DNA of 64,000 nt from Phyllosticta citribraziliensis (taxonomy: Eukaryota). Location: positions 1,178,001-1,242,000 of the forward strand of contig NW_027117349.1 in NCBI RefSeq assembly GCF_038025025.1. Direction: 5' to 3'. Below the pieces are notes generated by a model that was given only the letters and a program-made list of their open reading frames with translations, ran no database searches and was not told the DNA's origin. Position numbers and translations under genes: made by a program. This document shows, piece after piece, positions 36,438 through 49,462 of this stretch (position 1 is its first letter; every line of letters starts with the position of its first letter).

Positions 36438-37088
36438 GTGAGGTGGTGACTGGTGCCAGGGCAATTGTCCTCCTCCGATCTGCGGTCGGTCGTGTGTCAG
36501 ATCATGGCGCCGTCCATGATGACGGCCGCGTGCTCCAAACAGCGGCGGCCTTGGAAGCTAAAGCGACGCGGAGCCACGACGGTTTGAGATGAAGTGCGAG
36601 ATGACAGGTCTGGGCAGCTGTGCTCCGCCCTCTGGGCTCTGGGCGCGCGCCCTCTGTGCGTCCAAGAAGGGCAGCTCGTCACTCGCAGCGGAACCTTGGC
36701 ATTCTCGTCGCATGAATAGCGTCGACTCGTCGTAATTCACGCACGGTAGCGTTCATCTCGTATCTTCATATACTGCTCATTTTGATGTACTGCGCAGGCA
36801 AAAACAAAAAGAAAAGCTCCCTCGACGATGCTCGTCCATAAGAGGGTTAGCCGATACCCGTCCCATCCCCAGTGTCGTGACGCCTGAATGTACTCCGAAT
36901 ATTCACCAACAAAAGAAACAGCAACTGTGAAACAGCAACCAAAACGATGGCGTCCCTGGCCGTGGCTCAGAGCGTGAGCTGCACACCTGCTTGCAGCAAC
37001 GATTGAAAGGAAGCCCGTCATATCCCTTGTGATAATACAATGTTCCGTCGTAACAGATACGAATTAGAAGGTGACCAACAGAAAAGAT

Positions 37089-39114
37089 CTAGTCGCCATC
37101 TTGGACGGCTCGCAGGACTGGGTAGAGACTCCGCTCATCCTCCGACATGGCGCTACTCGACGCCTTGCTCTCCTCAGCAGGCTGCTCCTCCTTGATCTCG
37201 TTTGGTGGCAGAGGACCCTCGCCGTCCTCAAACTCACCGCGCTCGAGCTTGCTCTTGATAAAAGCGCGCAGCTCCTCAATCATCCGCATGTTTTGCACCC
37301 AGCACTCGTCGCCGTCAGACGCACCGTGTTCGGATGACGGGTGCTCCGAGTCCTCCGACTGCTCGCCTGGAGAGCGAAGCGACGGGTCTACCGGAGGCGG
37401 CGACTGAATCGCAAGCTTGTGTACATCCTTGCGGAGACCATCGCGATCGACAGAGTTTCGTCGGGAGGCGTTGGGGGTCGAGTCATTGTCAGAAATGTCC
37501 ATGGCCTCCGAGTCACGGGCGGGACGAGCCTTTTGGAGCTGGTTGCCGGACCACCTCCGGCGGCTATCCGAGTCGAATGGTGCAAGGTTGGGCGCGTTGC
37601 TGGTGGCAGGGTAGCTACCAGCAATGTCCGACATGGCACTGACTGAAGGCAGAGTCGGGTACATGGAGATGTTGTTGTTCCTAATCGCTGGCGACACGGT
37701 GTGTCCAGAATGGACTGAACCAGGCGACTGGCCCGAGGTGTACGACACGACGCTCGAAGCCGGCGTCAATGCAGGCGTCTCGGTTTGCGACGTTGACAGC
37801 GGAGCACGCGTGGTGGCGTGCGACGACTGCGGCTGCATGCCATGCGTTCCAGGAGGCGAATTGGAGGAGCGGTAGTTAAAGCCAGAGTGCAAATAGTGCG
37901 CACCGGGCTGGCCGACGCCGGCAGCCGCAGCCTGCTTGGGGTTCTCGTAGACGGTGTTTTGCAGTTGCTCCAGCACCTGGTCAATCTCGACCAAGTCGCT
38001 CTTTGTCCGGAGGTTGGGAATGGGCAGCGAGTAGTGGTGCGAGGGAGCCGGGCCGTGTCCAGTGGGCGACACCATGGCCGGCTGGGACTGAAAGTCGGAG
38101 CCGCCGTAGCCAGCCATGCTCGTGAGGAGGGGCAGCTGGCCCTGAATGCCCATGAGTCGATGTCCGACGTCATAGTAGGTGGTTGGGTCAATCTCGCGAC
38201 GCTTGACGCTGCCGAAGAATTCATTCAGCGCGTTCAGGGCGTCGACGGCACGCTTCCGGACCTCATAGTCATTGGTCATTTGCTGCTGAGGGTTGACGGC
38301 ATAATAGACGGGACCGTAAGCTGAATTGGCCGGAGCCCCGCTGTAAAAGCCGCCGCCAGCACCGGGGTTGGGGTGGCCGTATGAGCCTCCTCCCATGCCA
38401 TCCTGGTAAAAACCACTGGCGGCGCCAGCAAGAGCCTGCAAGTCGGCAACGTCTGCGAGGGTTGGGTTAGCACTCGTATAGGTGCGAGTTTTGCGGGGTG
38501 GGGTGGGACTCACGTTTTCCAGCAGCGGCGGCAAAGCTGCCTCCGGGACCTCCGTGGGGATTGCCCCGGCTGGGCTCGGGAGAGCGCAGGAGCACTGAAT
38601 CGTCGGCGTGCGTCTTGACGTGCTTCTTGAGATCCTGGGGACGCTTGAATGCCTTGTTGCAGGTGGGGCACTTGTGCGGCTTGAGCGGCACGTGAACGCG
38701 GACGTGGGAGGTGATGTGGTCCCTCTTCATGGTCTGGGTGCGGCAGCTGCCCCACTGGCAGACGAGGTTGAGGTTGTTGGTGCTCTTGCGACCGACATGA
38801 CGGTCGCACACATGGTTCTGCGAGGGTCAGCGAGCTGAAGGGCTGGTGAGCATGGCGTGAGAGCGCACGTAGAGGTTCTCAGCGGACGTCTGGCGCTCGC
38901 CGCAGTTCTGCCACTGGCAGATGAGCGAATCCGAGTCTCCCGGAGTGGGCGGCTGTTGAGGTTGGGCGGTCGGTTGAGCCGAGACGGGCTGCTGCTGCGT
39001 CTGCTGCGTCTGCTGCTGCTGCTGCTGCTGTTGGTGTTGGTGGACGACAGGCTGCTGGGCAGGTTGCGCTTGAGGCGCGGCCGCTGGATTCTCAGCGACG
39101 GCCGACATGGACAT
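37089..39114 (-). CDS. pacC: pH-responsive C2H2 transcription factor PacC/Rim101; introns 38818-38868 and 38453-38513
   Basis: Three zinc fingers: [73 protein letters not shown]. Two YPxL PalA-binding motifs (YPTL, YPVL) flank the signalling-protease box [20 protein letters not shown]. Confidence 0.97.
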
Positions 39115-39118
39115 TGTA

Positions 39119-40116
39119 GCCAAGAGGTTGCTGGCAGGCGAGGTCTTGGCTTGGCGGAGAGGTGAAAGTGGGTAGCTGGAGACCACAAGAGGCTTCGAAC
39201 GCTTCTTTTGAAAAGGACGAGCCTTTGGACGCTGAGGGCGAAGGGGGAATATGAGCAGCGGGAGTGACACAGGAGCCTTGGGTTGAGGGGGGGGAGGTGA
39301 GTCTGGGGAGCGCGGGCGTTTTGAGGATTTCTAGGCGGTCTTGTGCTTCAGGCGGGGAGGACTTGGTCCGCTGCGTCTCGGCAAGAGCAGGAGCAGCAGA
39401 GGCAGACGGTGGCCGGCTAATTAAGCAGCGCCGATGCACAGCCCCCCTACTCAGCAGCCCATGCAGCTTGGCGCTTGGCGCTGGCTTTCCCAGTCACCAC
39501 CACCACCTCATCGCCTCGTCACCCAGCGCCTCTTGTTCTTCTTGTCCCGAAACGCCCAGCCTGCTCCTCTGCTTGGCGGCCCCAAGCGGAGACGGCGCAA
39601 TTACTTGGCCGCTGGATGCTGAGCGCGGAGCTCAAGACCATGCACTCCCATCGACTCGACCCCGTATCCGTCACGTCGCCGTCGCCGTCGCTCCCACGTC
39701 GCTGTCGCTGTCGATTGCTGGGAAGGCCCTGCCACTTCATCTACCCTACACCACCGCAGAGCACCGCACCCTCTTTGTCCTGGCTGGCCTCGGAATGCTG
39801 AACCCGCCAGGGACTGTCCTGCGTTTGTTTCTGCTCTTGCGGCATGCCATTTCGCTCACCTCTCTTTAGTTTGCCCGACAAAGCTTGTGTCCCCATCTGC
39901 TTCCGTCCCGGCACATGCCCCTCCGGACTTGCAACCTAACCCAACCTAACCTGCTCGACCCTCGCCGTCGACTTCCCGGCCCTCCCCAGCCTGCCATCTG
40001 ACGCGTCCTTTTGACACGCAAATGGGCAATGCGCCTCACCTTGCATTTCCACCTCCATTTTAGATGCCAAGCCCTTCTTCAGGGTCGCGCCGATCAGTCG
40101 CACCTGTCTCGCCAAG
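39119..40116. promoter_or_regulatory. Cluster of PacC consensus sites (GCCARG) in the pacC leader/promoter
   Basis: GCCARG/CYTGGC read by eye at about 39119, 39145, 39150, 39467, 39474, 39572, 39604, 39779, 39806, 40066 and 40111. Confidence 0.7.
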
Positions 40117-43100
40117 CTCTCCCGTCTCCAGACCACACAACAACTCCATTGACCGACCGACCGACCCCTTGCCTCAGCCTCAACGGCCTGAATAACATAC
40201 AATTCCCCATTCCGGGTTCCTCGCTTGCTGCCTTTCTGCTCTGCCCTGCCCTGCCCTGCCCTGCCCTGCCGCCAACTGCCGAGAGGCCCCTTGCCACGTC
40301 TCGCCCTGCCCTAGTCTGACCAATTCCACACCCGCCCGTCCGTCGCGTCCCCTCTTTCTTTACGCTAAAAACGTCGTCCATGTTTTGGCCATTTGCAATC
40401 CGCTGCCCCCAGTTCAATCAGCCGGTGCGACTCGCCCGGCAGTCCCCGCCCGCCGCAGGCACGGGCCCTGAAGAAAGGAGACTGTCTGGCAGTGTCCGCG
40501 GCCGCGGCGTCTTCAAGCCTTTTACCCTATGCGCGCCTGCGCTTAGCTTTCTGCGCTGTATACCCGGTCAGAGACATTCGTCGCCAGTGGAACAATGGTC
40601 TGTCTGTCTCTGACCTCTTCTTCACAGCCCAAGACCGACTAAGACGGGGGCTGGGGTGGGAACTTCTTCACGGCCGGCACAGACAGACAGACGGACCTAT
40701 GATGTGATGGTCACCTTGTTTTCTTCTGCGCCCGGCGCGGACCTTACCCCCTTGCCGCCTCCAGACGCGAATGGCATTTGCGGTCCCTTTGTCACGGCTT
40801 GCGGGCCCTTTCTTTGTCCACGGCTGCGGGTGTTCTGCAGATGGCGCAAGGGTGCGGACACAGGGGGTTCTTCAGCCTTTACCACCCTGGTCAGCGAATC
40901 TTTGCACTACCACACTCGCCGCTTGCCGAATGTGGTCTTAACTCTGTCAGTGCGTGAGTCTGTGAATGGGAGCCGGCTACGGAGACAGCACGCTCAGCGC
41001 GAGCCTCGAGTCTCTCGCCGTTCGTACTGAGTGAATCCGCCAGCCAGCCCTCCATTTACGCGTCCGGTGGTGCTCTCTTCTCGCAGACGCGCTGGTCTGG
41101 GCCTACTGAGTGTACTGAACGCAGCCGCCCAGCAGTCGCATGCCAGACAGACAGGCAGACAGTGATCCACCGCGTTCTCTGCTCTGCGTGCCCAATCCAT
41201 CCACCCATCGATCCAGTACCAGCCGCGCGCGCGCCGAATGCAACAGCAACAGCATCAGCAAGACCATCCAACCGTTCACTCCACCGCTTCACCCCATCGC
41301 CAGACCAGATCCCCATCGAGCCAATCAACACTGACTACTGCCGCTGCCGCTGCCGCTGCCACGGGCGAGTCAAACCACACACACACACACAGACACATCC
41401 CAGTCTACCTCAACCTGCCTCCTTCCACCTCACACCCGCCCAACCGCGCTGCTGACAAACCGATGACGCAGTACATTGGCAGCGTTGGGCTGGGGCCCGA
41501 GTCTACTGAGATTACTGGGTAGGTATCGATGCCGCCCGTCCGCGCCCGCGGGCAGCTTGGATACACTGATTGACTGGTACCTACTGCAGGTAGACTGACG
41601 GAGTCATGACTAAGTACTTAGTTACCTAGGTTGGTGGGTTGGAAAAGTGTGTGCCCAACCGCAGCTCCCTGCCTCCCTCCGTCTCCGTTCCAGGTCGCGG
41701 CCAGCCAGCCAGCCAGCCAGCAGTGGTTATCGGTAAGTGGTGAGATGAGATGAGTGTCGGTCGCGCCCAAAAACCGGTATGCGACCACTGCTTCTGCTCG
41801 GCCATTACTCAGACACGAACACTCTAGTCTTTATCAAAAGAAAGGGGGTTGGTTGGCAGGTAAGGTAGCCGGACGACTCAACTCGCCCGCCAGCGCAGAC
41901 GCAGACAGACGCCGTTCGAGACACTGAGTTGCTGCTGTCTGTGTCGAATGACTGACTGATTGACCCAAAGACACATGCTTCGCAGCATCCCACACACCCA
42001 AACAGCCGTCACCGTCACCGTCGCCGGCGCAGCGCGGCAACGCGGCAAATCAAATCACCTCGTCTCATACCATTTCGTCTCGTCTCGTCTCGTCCCGCTG
42101 CCATTGCTTACGCACGCCGTGTCTCTAGAAGCGCGTTGTCTGCGTCGTCGTCCGCAACCAAGCCACACCCCAAGGCCGCAGCCAAGCAAGCTTGTTCGTC
42201 GCCGTCGTTGTTGTCCGTCTGCTCTGCTGCATGCAGCAACGGCAGTGCAGGCCAGCCCAGCCCAGCGCAGTCCGGCCAAGTCCGGCCCAGCCAAGTCCGG
42301 TGCGGCGCGGCGCCGCGGGCGGAGCGGATGTGAGGTGGATGTGTATGGATGCGCTGCGCTGTTGCATGAAGATGGACACCCAAGCCGGCGGCCTCCGCCT
42401 CACTGTACGCGTTGCGCTGCGTTGCGCTGCGTTGCGCTGTGATGTGTGGTGGGTCTGGGCAAGATGAAGAGAGAGAGTGTGTGATAGAGAGAGAGTTTCC
42501 ATACATGGCCTGGCCTGCCTGCAGCGGTTGGCTGTTCTACAGGTGATGGACGACCACGGCACTAGGTAGGAACCTACCTGATGGCAATTAAGCTCACTTC
42601 TAGAAATAGAGGCGTAAGCAGTCCTTCCCTTTCCTTTCCTTCCTGCGTGCTGCTAGCCGTCAGCATCGCCGTATACACAGCCACACCATGCACTTCACGC
42701 ACAAGCAGATTAAGACAGGCAGGCAGGCAGGCAGGCAGAAGCAAATAAAGACAGATTTCCAGCGCGCTGATGCACGGCGTGATGGGACGAGCAGCCGCCC
42801 CGCCGCTGTATCTACTACAGTCGCGTCAATTGTGGCGGAGCAGAGCGAAGGGAGCACCAGGCAAGTAGGTAAGCTGACCACGCCAGCACGCCGGCCGGCC
42901 GTAGGCAGCGGACGACGCTGAGATGAGACGAGATGAGACGGAAGCTACAGAAAGACAGACGGTTGGCGTCGGCCATCTCATCGCTCAGTGTACAGAAGTA
43001 CTCGCGAGACGTGGTGATGGGGGATGGTAGGCGTGTCCTGCGGTGTTGTCTACGACACGTATACCTACCTGCCTACCTACCTACCTACCAGTATACCAAA

Positions 43101-46100
43101 GCACCAGCAGCCCGCTGGTGACTAACGTGCCAACGTGCCCACGCGCCAAGTCCCCTCCCTCTCCCTCTCCCTCTCCGATCTCCTGCTAACCTCCACTGTA
43201 GGCCAAGCAAGCGGCCGCCGCGCATCAGCAAGCAAGCGAAGTAGCTACAAAGCAGCTAAGCACAGCCTCTCTCCCCATCTCGTCTCGTCTCGTCTCGTCT
43301 CGCGAAAGGAAGCTTCTTACCTTCTACCTCACCGCATCCCGCTGTCAGCCTACCCATCTAGCTGCTATTTGCGTGTCGCTGCATTTCAATCTGCCTGTCA
43401 GCCTGTCTGCCAACATCGGTCACGCCGCTTCCATGTCGCCTCTCTCTTGTTCATCCTTCCTTCCTTCCCTTTGTTTTCCCTTTTCTCTCTCCACTTCTCC
43501 GTTCGTGTTGTACGACATGCCACGCCACGCCTGGCGGTGAACCTGGCAATAACAGCGACGATGGAGGCATGCAAGATGCCGCTGGCGTCGCCGCCGTGCA
43601 TATTTGCATACATACATATTTCCTCTCTCTCTCTCTCTCTCTCTCTCCTCACCCCCTTTCACTTGGCGTTGGCGCCCCGCTTGGCTCGTTGCTTGGCTTG
43701 GCTTCTTGTTTGGCTTGGCTCATTATTGCAGCGGAGCACCGATCTCAGGGGCAGAGACGGGCAGGGGAGAGTGGAGCACGTTGGCGCGGTGGGTAGCCCA
43801 GACCAGACTTACTTGTACTCGTACTTGTACTCAGTCCAGCGCGGCGAGGCCAGGTGAGGCGAGGCGAGGCGAGGCGTACTGTCAAGCTCCCGTCGCTGCT
43901 TGCTGCTTCCACAGCTCTCTTCCTTACGCACATAGCGTGGTGAGGAAGGGAGGACGCGGACAGAGATTGAGGAAGAAGACGCAGACGACACAGACAAACG
44001 AAGGCGGAGAGAAACAGTTGGAAAGAGCACGGCACAGCACAGCCACGGCCTTCCTTCCTTCCTTCCTTCGCCGCTCTCTTCGCTGCTCTCTTTGCTCTAC
44101 ACGACTGACTGCTAGCAGTAGCGCTGCCGGTGTTGCATGCGCTTGTCTGTGGTAAGGCTACGTCGGTGGTTTGGCGGGTGCAGATGCAGATGCGCTGCGC
44201 CACACCGACAGATAGACGGGCAGACGGACGACGACGGCAGCGGTAGTTAGCATCTCAAGAGTTGGGCTAGCGCTTCGCTTGGTGAGCCGCCTTCCCCGTC
44301 CACGCTCTGCTCTGTCACTCTTCGTTGTCGAAGTGTGGTAGGCCTACCTGGTACTTACCTACCGAGCGAAGGCCCGAAAGTAGTGCGTTCAGAATGCCGG
44401 GCTGCACCGCGCCACAAGGCCTGCAGTGCTGAGCGCTGGGTAGAGGTAGACTTACTGCCATGCCACATGGAGGACGTACGGAGGAAATTGGCTTAGCGAC
44501 TCGATTGGCTGGCTGGCTGGCTGGCTGGCTTGACTCTTCTGTCATTCGATTTTTCCTTCCGTGCTCCGGCTGTGGTAGTGGTAGTAGGCTCTGCCGCGGC
44601 TTGCTGCTGGATTTCTTTCTGCGCAGGCACTGAGCTACTCCAAGAGAGCTTGGTTGCGTTCGACGCCAACAACCGCTACTGTGATGGCAAGAGAGAGCCG
44701 AGGAGGTATGTAGTGTCGACTGGCTTTGCTGCTGGCGTCTTCTGCCACGTTATCTTTGATGGTATATTGGCCTTAATGTTTCTTCTGAGTAAAGCTCTGG
44801 CACGTCGTGTCATTCCAGCGGCGCGCGGTGGCTGAGCGTAATACAGTAGAAGGGACGAGGCGGGAAGACGAGAAGGCAGTAGAAGTAAGCTGAGAGATAG
44901 ACGCCGTCAGACATGATGTGTAATAGAAGCAGCGCTGTTGCTGTCGCTGATGTTACCTGCACCATCAGTCAGCGACAGGACATGACACTGTACAAAGCGG
45001 CGAACATGCCCTTCAAAATTCCTTCACATCCATCTCCTTTCCTGCAGTTTGATTTCCCGTGCTCTTTCTCGCAACCACTCTTCTCCCTACTTCTTTTGTG
45101 AGTCGACGAAGCCTGCCTGCGCTGTGCCTCTTGAGGTTGACAATCATCGGAAGCGGAGGGCGCGGCCGGTACTGTCTTTTCCAGCTGGCTTCGTCGTTGT
45201 GACTATTCACTGGACGCTGGTGGAGTCAGCAGGATTATGCGTGTATGCCGAGATCGGTGCTATAGGATGCCGAATTGGTTTTAAATGAAGCTAAACATGC
45301 AAGTCCCGAATCTCGCTCGTCTAGAGACGATGGTCAAGGCATGGAAGAACTCAGCCCGCGAATCCACCAAGCTGCGCTTGCAGGACAGCTAGCTGGCCAA
45401 GTAGCACCGTGGATAGAGAAGACCAGATGAGAGAAAGAGGGAGGTAAGTGGCGGCGGCGTCGTAGCACTGGCAAGAGAGACAGGTGTTTCGGCGTTTACG
45501 AGCTGATGTCATGGATTCCAAGCTTGCGGTATGCCGTCAGCTCGGAGATCATGGGGCAGAAAGTGAGAATGATGCCGTGGTGATTGACTTCTACTGCGAG
45601 CGAGGGCGAATAGCAAGGAGAATGAGGTGATGACACAGCTTTGGTCTACTCCCATTGGCTGAAAAGTTTGAGCAGCTGAGTACATTTTGTTGTCCAGTCT
45701 AGTCATCTTTTGAGTATCGATATTGATAACGACGATGGCAAGTTTGGCCAGTCAGAGGCGGCAGAGATGGAGAAGAAGTTTCGAAGTCTAGTTGAGTATT
45801 CTTCTTGGCTGTGGCTAACTAGACATGCTTGATTCCACCACGGAGTTGACGCGCGGTAGTTCGGGATGCGAAAGTGAGATTTTGATTGCAGAGATGAAGA
45901 GACTGGGGATGTCTCGCTGTATCTGTTTCTGATGCTCTTTTGGCCGTCAGGGTCGCCCGTTTTGTAGAGGATGCTCACGTTCAGCGTCCAGAAGTTGGGG
46001 AATATTCTTAATGTTAGGAGACTTTCGTCTACTCCAGGGGGTATCATTGCAATGAACTGGCGAAGCTGTAGTCGACTAGAGGAAAGTAATTTGCAGGTTC

Positions 46101-47444
46101 GCCGGTTGCCCGCTATTCCATCACTGATGCTTTCGAGCATGCCTTCCGTCGTGAGCATCAGCGCCCGATTAATGAGCACTGAAGCTTCGAAGCTCCAGCA
46201 AGTACATGTTCAAGCTCACTTTCCCTCGATTGAAGAGCGGTCTCGCTATGAACGTTAGATTCGGCAAACCAGAAGTCCGACGCCACGTTCGGACCCCTTG
46301 TACGGATAGCCGGCCGGAAGGCTTGCCTAACAGACAGGGGTCCAACTGGATTTTTTCCCGCGCACAGAGTCCAAGTCGCAGGCGCCCTTTACCACCAACA
46401 GGAAGCGCAACGTGAAACAAACATGTGCCATGATGAAACTTTTTTGAGCTTAAAGGCGCCCAAGCAGGGACTGGTCGAGTGTCGAGAGATGATGTCATGT
46501 TTACAGACTGGCGGACGAGGACACGTATGGAGAAGCAGAAAACCACGTCGACATAGTTGTTTCTCGACCAGACAACTTGGCGCCTCGAGGTTCCATTAGG
46601 CTTTTTGGCATCGTAGATCATCAGTCCACCGTCCATAGGGCAGACGCTTAGAGTAGAAGGCGGACACGTGACTAATATGGGGACCTCTCCTGACTTGAGA
46701 TCTGAATGACAGATGCGGTCTGGGGCTGCGAATGACGTCTCTGGGGAAAGGGAATAATCAGCAGCAAAGGAAGAGAGTCTGGACTGGTTCTATCCGAGGG
46801 ACATGGTCACCCCAGAGTGGTCAAGCGCGCGTGCCTGGATGGATTCGGCGAGCTCGCTGTCGGCCGGGCGACAAACCGAGTGAGACTGGAAGAACGCAGA
46901 GAGTCTCACCGTCGACAGTCTGGCGGTCGAGCGTCGTTGTAGTACATTATGGCCATGAGGTCGCGAGCAAAACGGGAGATGGGGCGGCGGAAGGGCGACG
47001 GCTGGAGGATTGGTATTGGCGCTGGTGACAGCCGGGGCTAGACCGTTCTCGGCAATGTATTTGGGCGGCGTCCCGATGGCCAGACGGCGACGCCGTAGCA
47101 GGAGCCGGGCGTGCGGATGACAGGCGGGAGGATTTTGCTGGTGCTGCGGGAGGCGAGGCGCGAATGAGGCTGCAAGAGAGGCATCTTTATCGAGCACAGA
47201 AGGACATGTATGCAGAGTTGATGGGCGCTGGCAGTCAAAGGCCGTCCTGTCCTGTCCTGTCGCTGGCTTTTCGCTCCAACCGAGTTGCTCCGAGGATCTT
47301 GGCACGCTAGCGCTTGGGCCACGAAAAACTTCGCCGTGCAGCCCTTTTCCTACTCCTACATAAGCGTCCCAACCTTTTCATCCACAACACCATCAACTCT
47401 CCACTCATCCCCTTCCGTTTGATTCATCCCGATCAACCGGCATC

Positions 47445-48865
47445 ATGGCAAAGGACGGTGAGGTCGTTCAGAGCAAGAAGGTACGCTCCCCCCACCCTCC
47501 ACCAACGCCCTTGTGATGGACAAAGCTAACGTCGACCTCACAGTCCGTGCTGGGCATGCCCGTAAGCTCCTCTCCTCCCTGGCCTCGAGCCGCATCTCGA
47601 ATCAGCTTGCGACATGACCGCCCGCCGCCGTCCATCCTCTGCGATGCCGCTGGATCGATGCGCGGTGTTGTGGGCTGGTCAATGTTGCCAGCTGGTCGGG
47701 ATTGGGCGCCCTCGGCTATCGTCGCAGCGTGCTAACAACAAGGCTTTCAGGGCTTCGTGGTTGACTTCCTGAGTACGTTTGCCCACCACAGCTCCGTCAA
47801 TGTCCATCCCCGAGTCTCAATGGCTCGTCGATGATTTTGATGCAGCTTGTTTTTGCGCCGATGAATTGTCGCTGACGCCTTATCTACAGTGGGTGGTATC
47901 TCCGCCGCCGTCTCGAAGACTGCTGCCGCTCCCATCGAGCGCATCAAGCTTCTGGTCCAGAACCAGGTAAGCCATCTCGTTCGCTTCCGACTCCAAACTC
48001 AGCCTGACCGCCCTCCAGGATGAGATGATCCGCGCCGGTCGTCTCGACCGCAAGTACAACGGCATCATGGACTGCTTCCGCCGTACCGCTGCCGACGAGG
48101 GTATCGTCTCGCTGTGGCGTGGCAACACTGCCAACGTCATCCGTTACTTCCCTACCCAGGCCCTCAACTTTGCCTTCCGCGACACCTACAAGTCCATGTT
48201 CGCCTACAAGAAGGAGCGTGACGGCTACGCCAAGTGGATGATGGGCAACCTTGCCTCTGGTGGTGCCGCCGGTGCCACTTCGCTCCTCTTCGTCTACTCT
48301 CTCGACTACGCTCGTACCCGTCTCGCCAACGACGCCAAGTCCGCCAAGGGCAGTGGTGAGCGCCAGTTCAACGGTCTCGTCGATGTCTACCGCAAGACCC
48401 TCGCCTCCGACGGTATTGCCGGTCTCTACCGTGGTTTCGGTCCTTCCGTTCTTGGAATCGTCGTCTACCGTGGTCTGTACTTCGGCATGTACGACTCCAT
48501 CAAGCCCGTTGTCCTCGTTGGTCCTCTTGAGGGCAACTTCCTTGCTTCCTTCCTGCTCGGCTGGACCGTCACCACCGGTGCCGGTATCGCCTCCTACCCT
48601 CTCGACACCATCCGTCGTCGCATGATGATGACGTCTGGTGAGGTACGTGCAACGAATTCCGCTGCAGTGAGCAATGTTGACCAGAAAACAGGCCGTCAAG
48701 TACTCTTCCTCCATGGACGCTGCCAGGCAGATCGTCGCCAAGGAGGGCGTCAAGTCCCTCTTCAAGGGTGCTGGTGCCAACATCCTCCGTGGTGTCGCCG
48801 GTGCTGGTGTCCTGTCCATCTACGACCAGGTCCAGCTCATCCTCTTCGGCAAGGCCTTCAAGTAG
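47445..48865 (+). CDS. AAC: Mitochondrial ADP/ATP carrier; 7 exons including micro-exons of 18 nt (47544-47561) and 22 nt (47751-47772)
   Basis: [60 protein letters not shown] signature, [22 protein letters not shown]. Strong codon bias. Confidence 0.97.
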
Positions 48866-49462
48866 GGTTCCGGCTAAGCAACGTCTCCGACGTAAAAGAC
48901 ACTTTGAACAAATGGTTGAGGATAGACGTGGGGGGTGACGTAGTTGAGTGGATAGAGCACGTTCAAGCTTTGCTTGTTCGTGGTAACGAAAGCACAAAGC
49001 TGGGGACGGCTTCTGATATCCCTGCTTTCAAGCATCTTGTACTTTACCGGGCAAATTTTTCGTCTTTGCACCACGCTCGTCCCCCTTCGCGATTTGAGAA
49101 TTATGACCGGTGTGTGGGTGCTTCTGCTGATAGACCGTCTTTGGCAGAAGCGCGTCGATGGGTGCTCGGCAAAAGGCAGTTTAGAATGAATTTTGGTTTG
49201 ATGTTACAAGTGTCAGTCGAACTAGTGCAAGTGGACAGTGACCAAGTGTTCCTGCGTCATGTCAATGCGGGGAGTCCAAGATGGAGTCCCCAGATTGAAC
49301 TCCGGTCACGTGATGGAAACGTCATCGCCCAAACAGGCAGCAAGCTCCCTCACGGGCAGCTGCAAGGACGTCGCTCCCTCGCCTTTGTTTCAACCACCAC
49401 CTGACCCAGTCATCCTCGCTCCTCCTCGCCATCCTCAACAAACAATCCATCAACCAGACATC

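Noticed and set aside
39115..39330. In-frame stop-free region upstream of the pacC ATG (possible non-AUG extension); similar case at 19775-19927
   Set aside because: C-rich leaders are often stop-poor by chance, and there is no supporting motif.
47773..47889. Possible box C/D snoRNA in AAC intron 3
   Set aside because: No exact RTGATGA box C, and the CTGA coincides with the branch site.
48643..49404. Apparent 459-aa extended AAC ORF in the track
   Set aside because: The track reads through intron 48643-48691 into a shifted frame. The spliced product gives the canonical carrier C-terminus.
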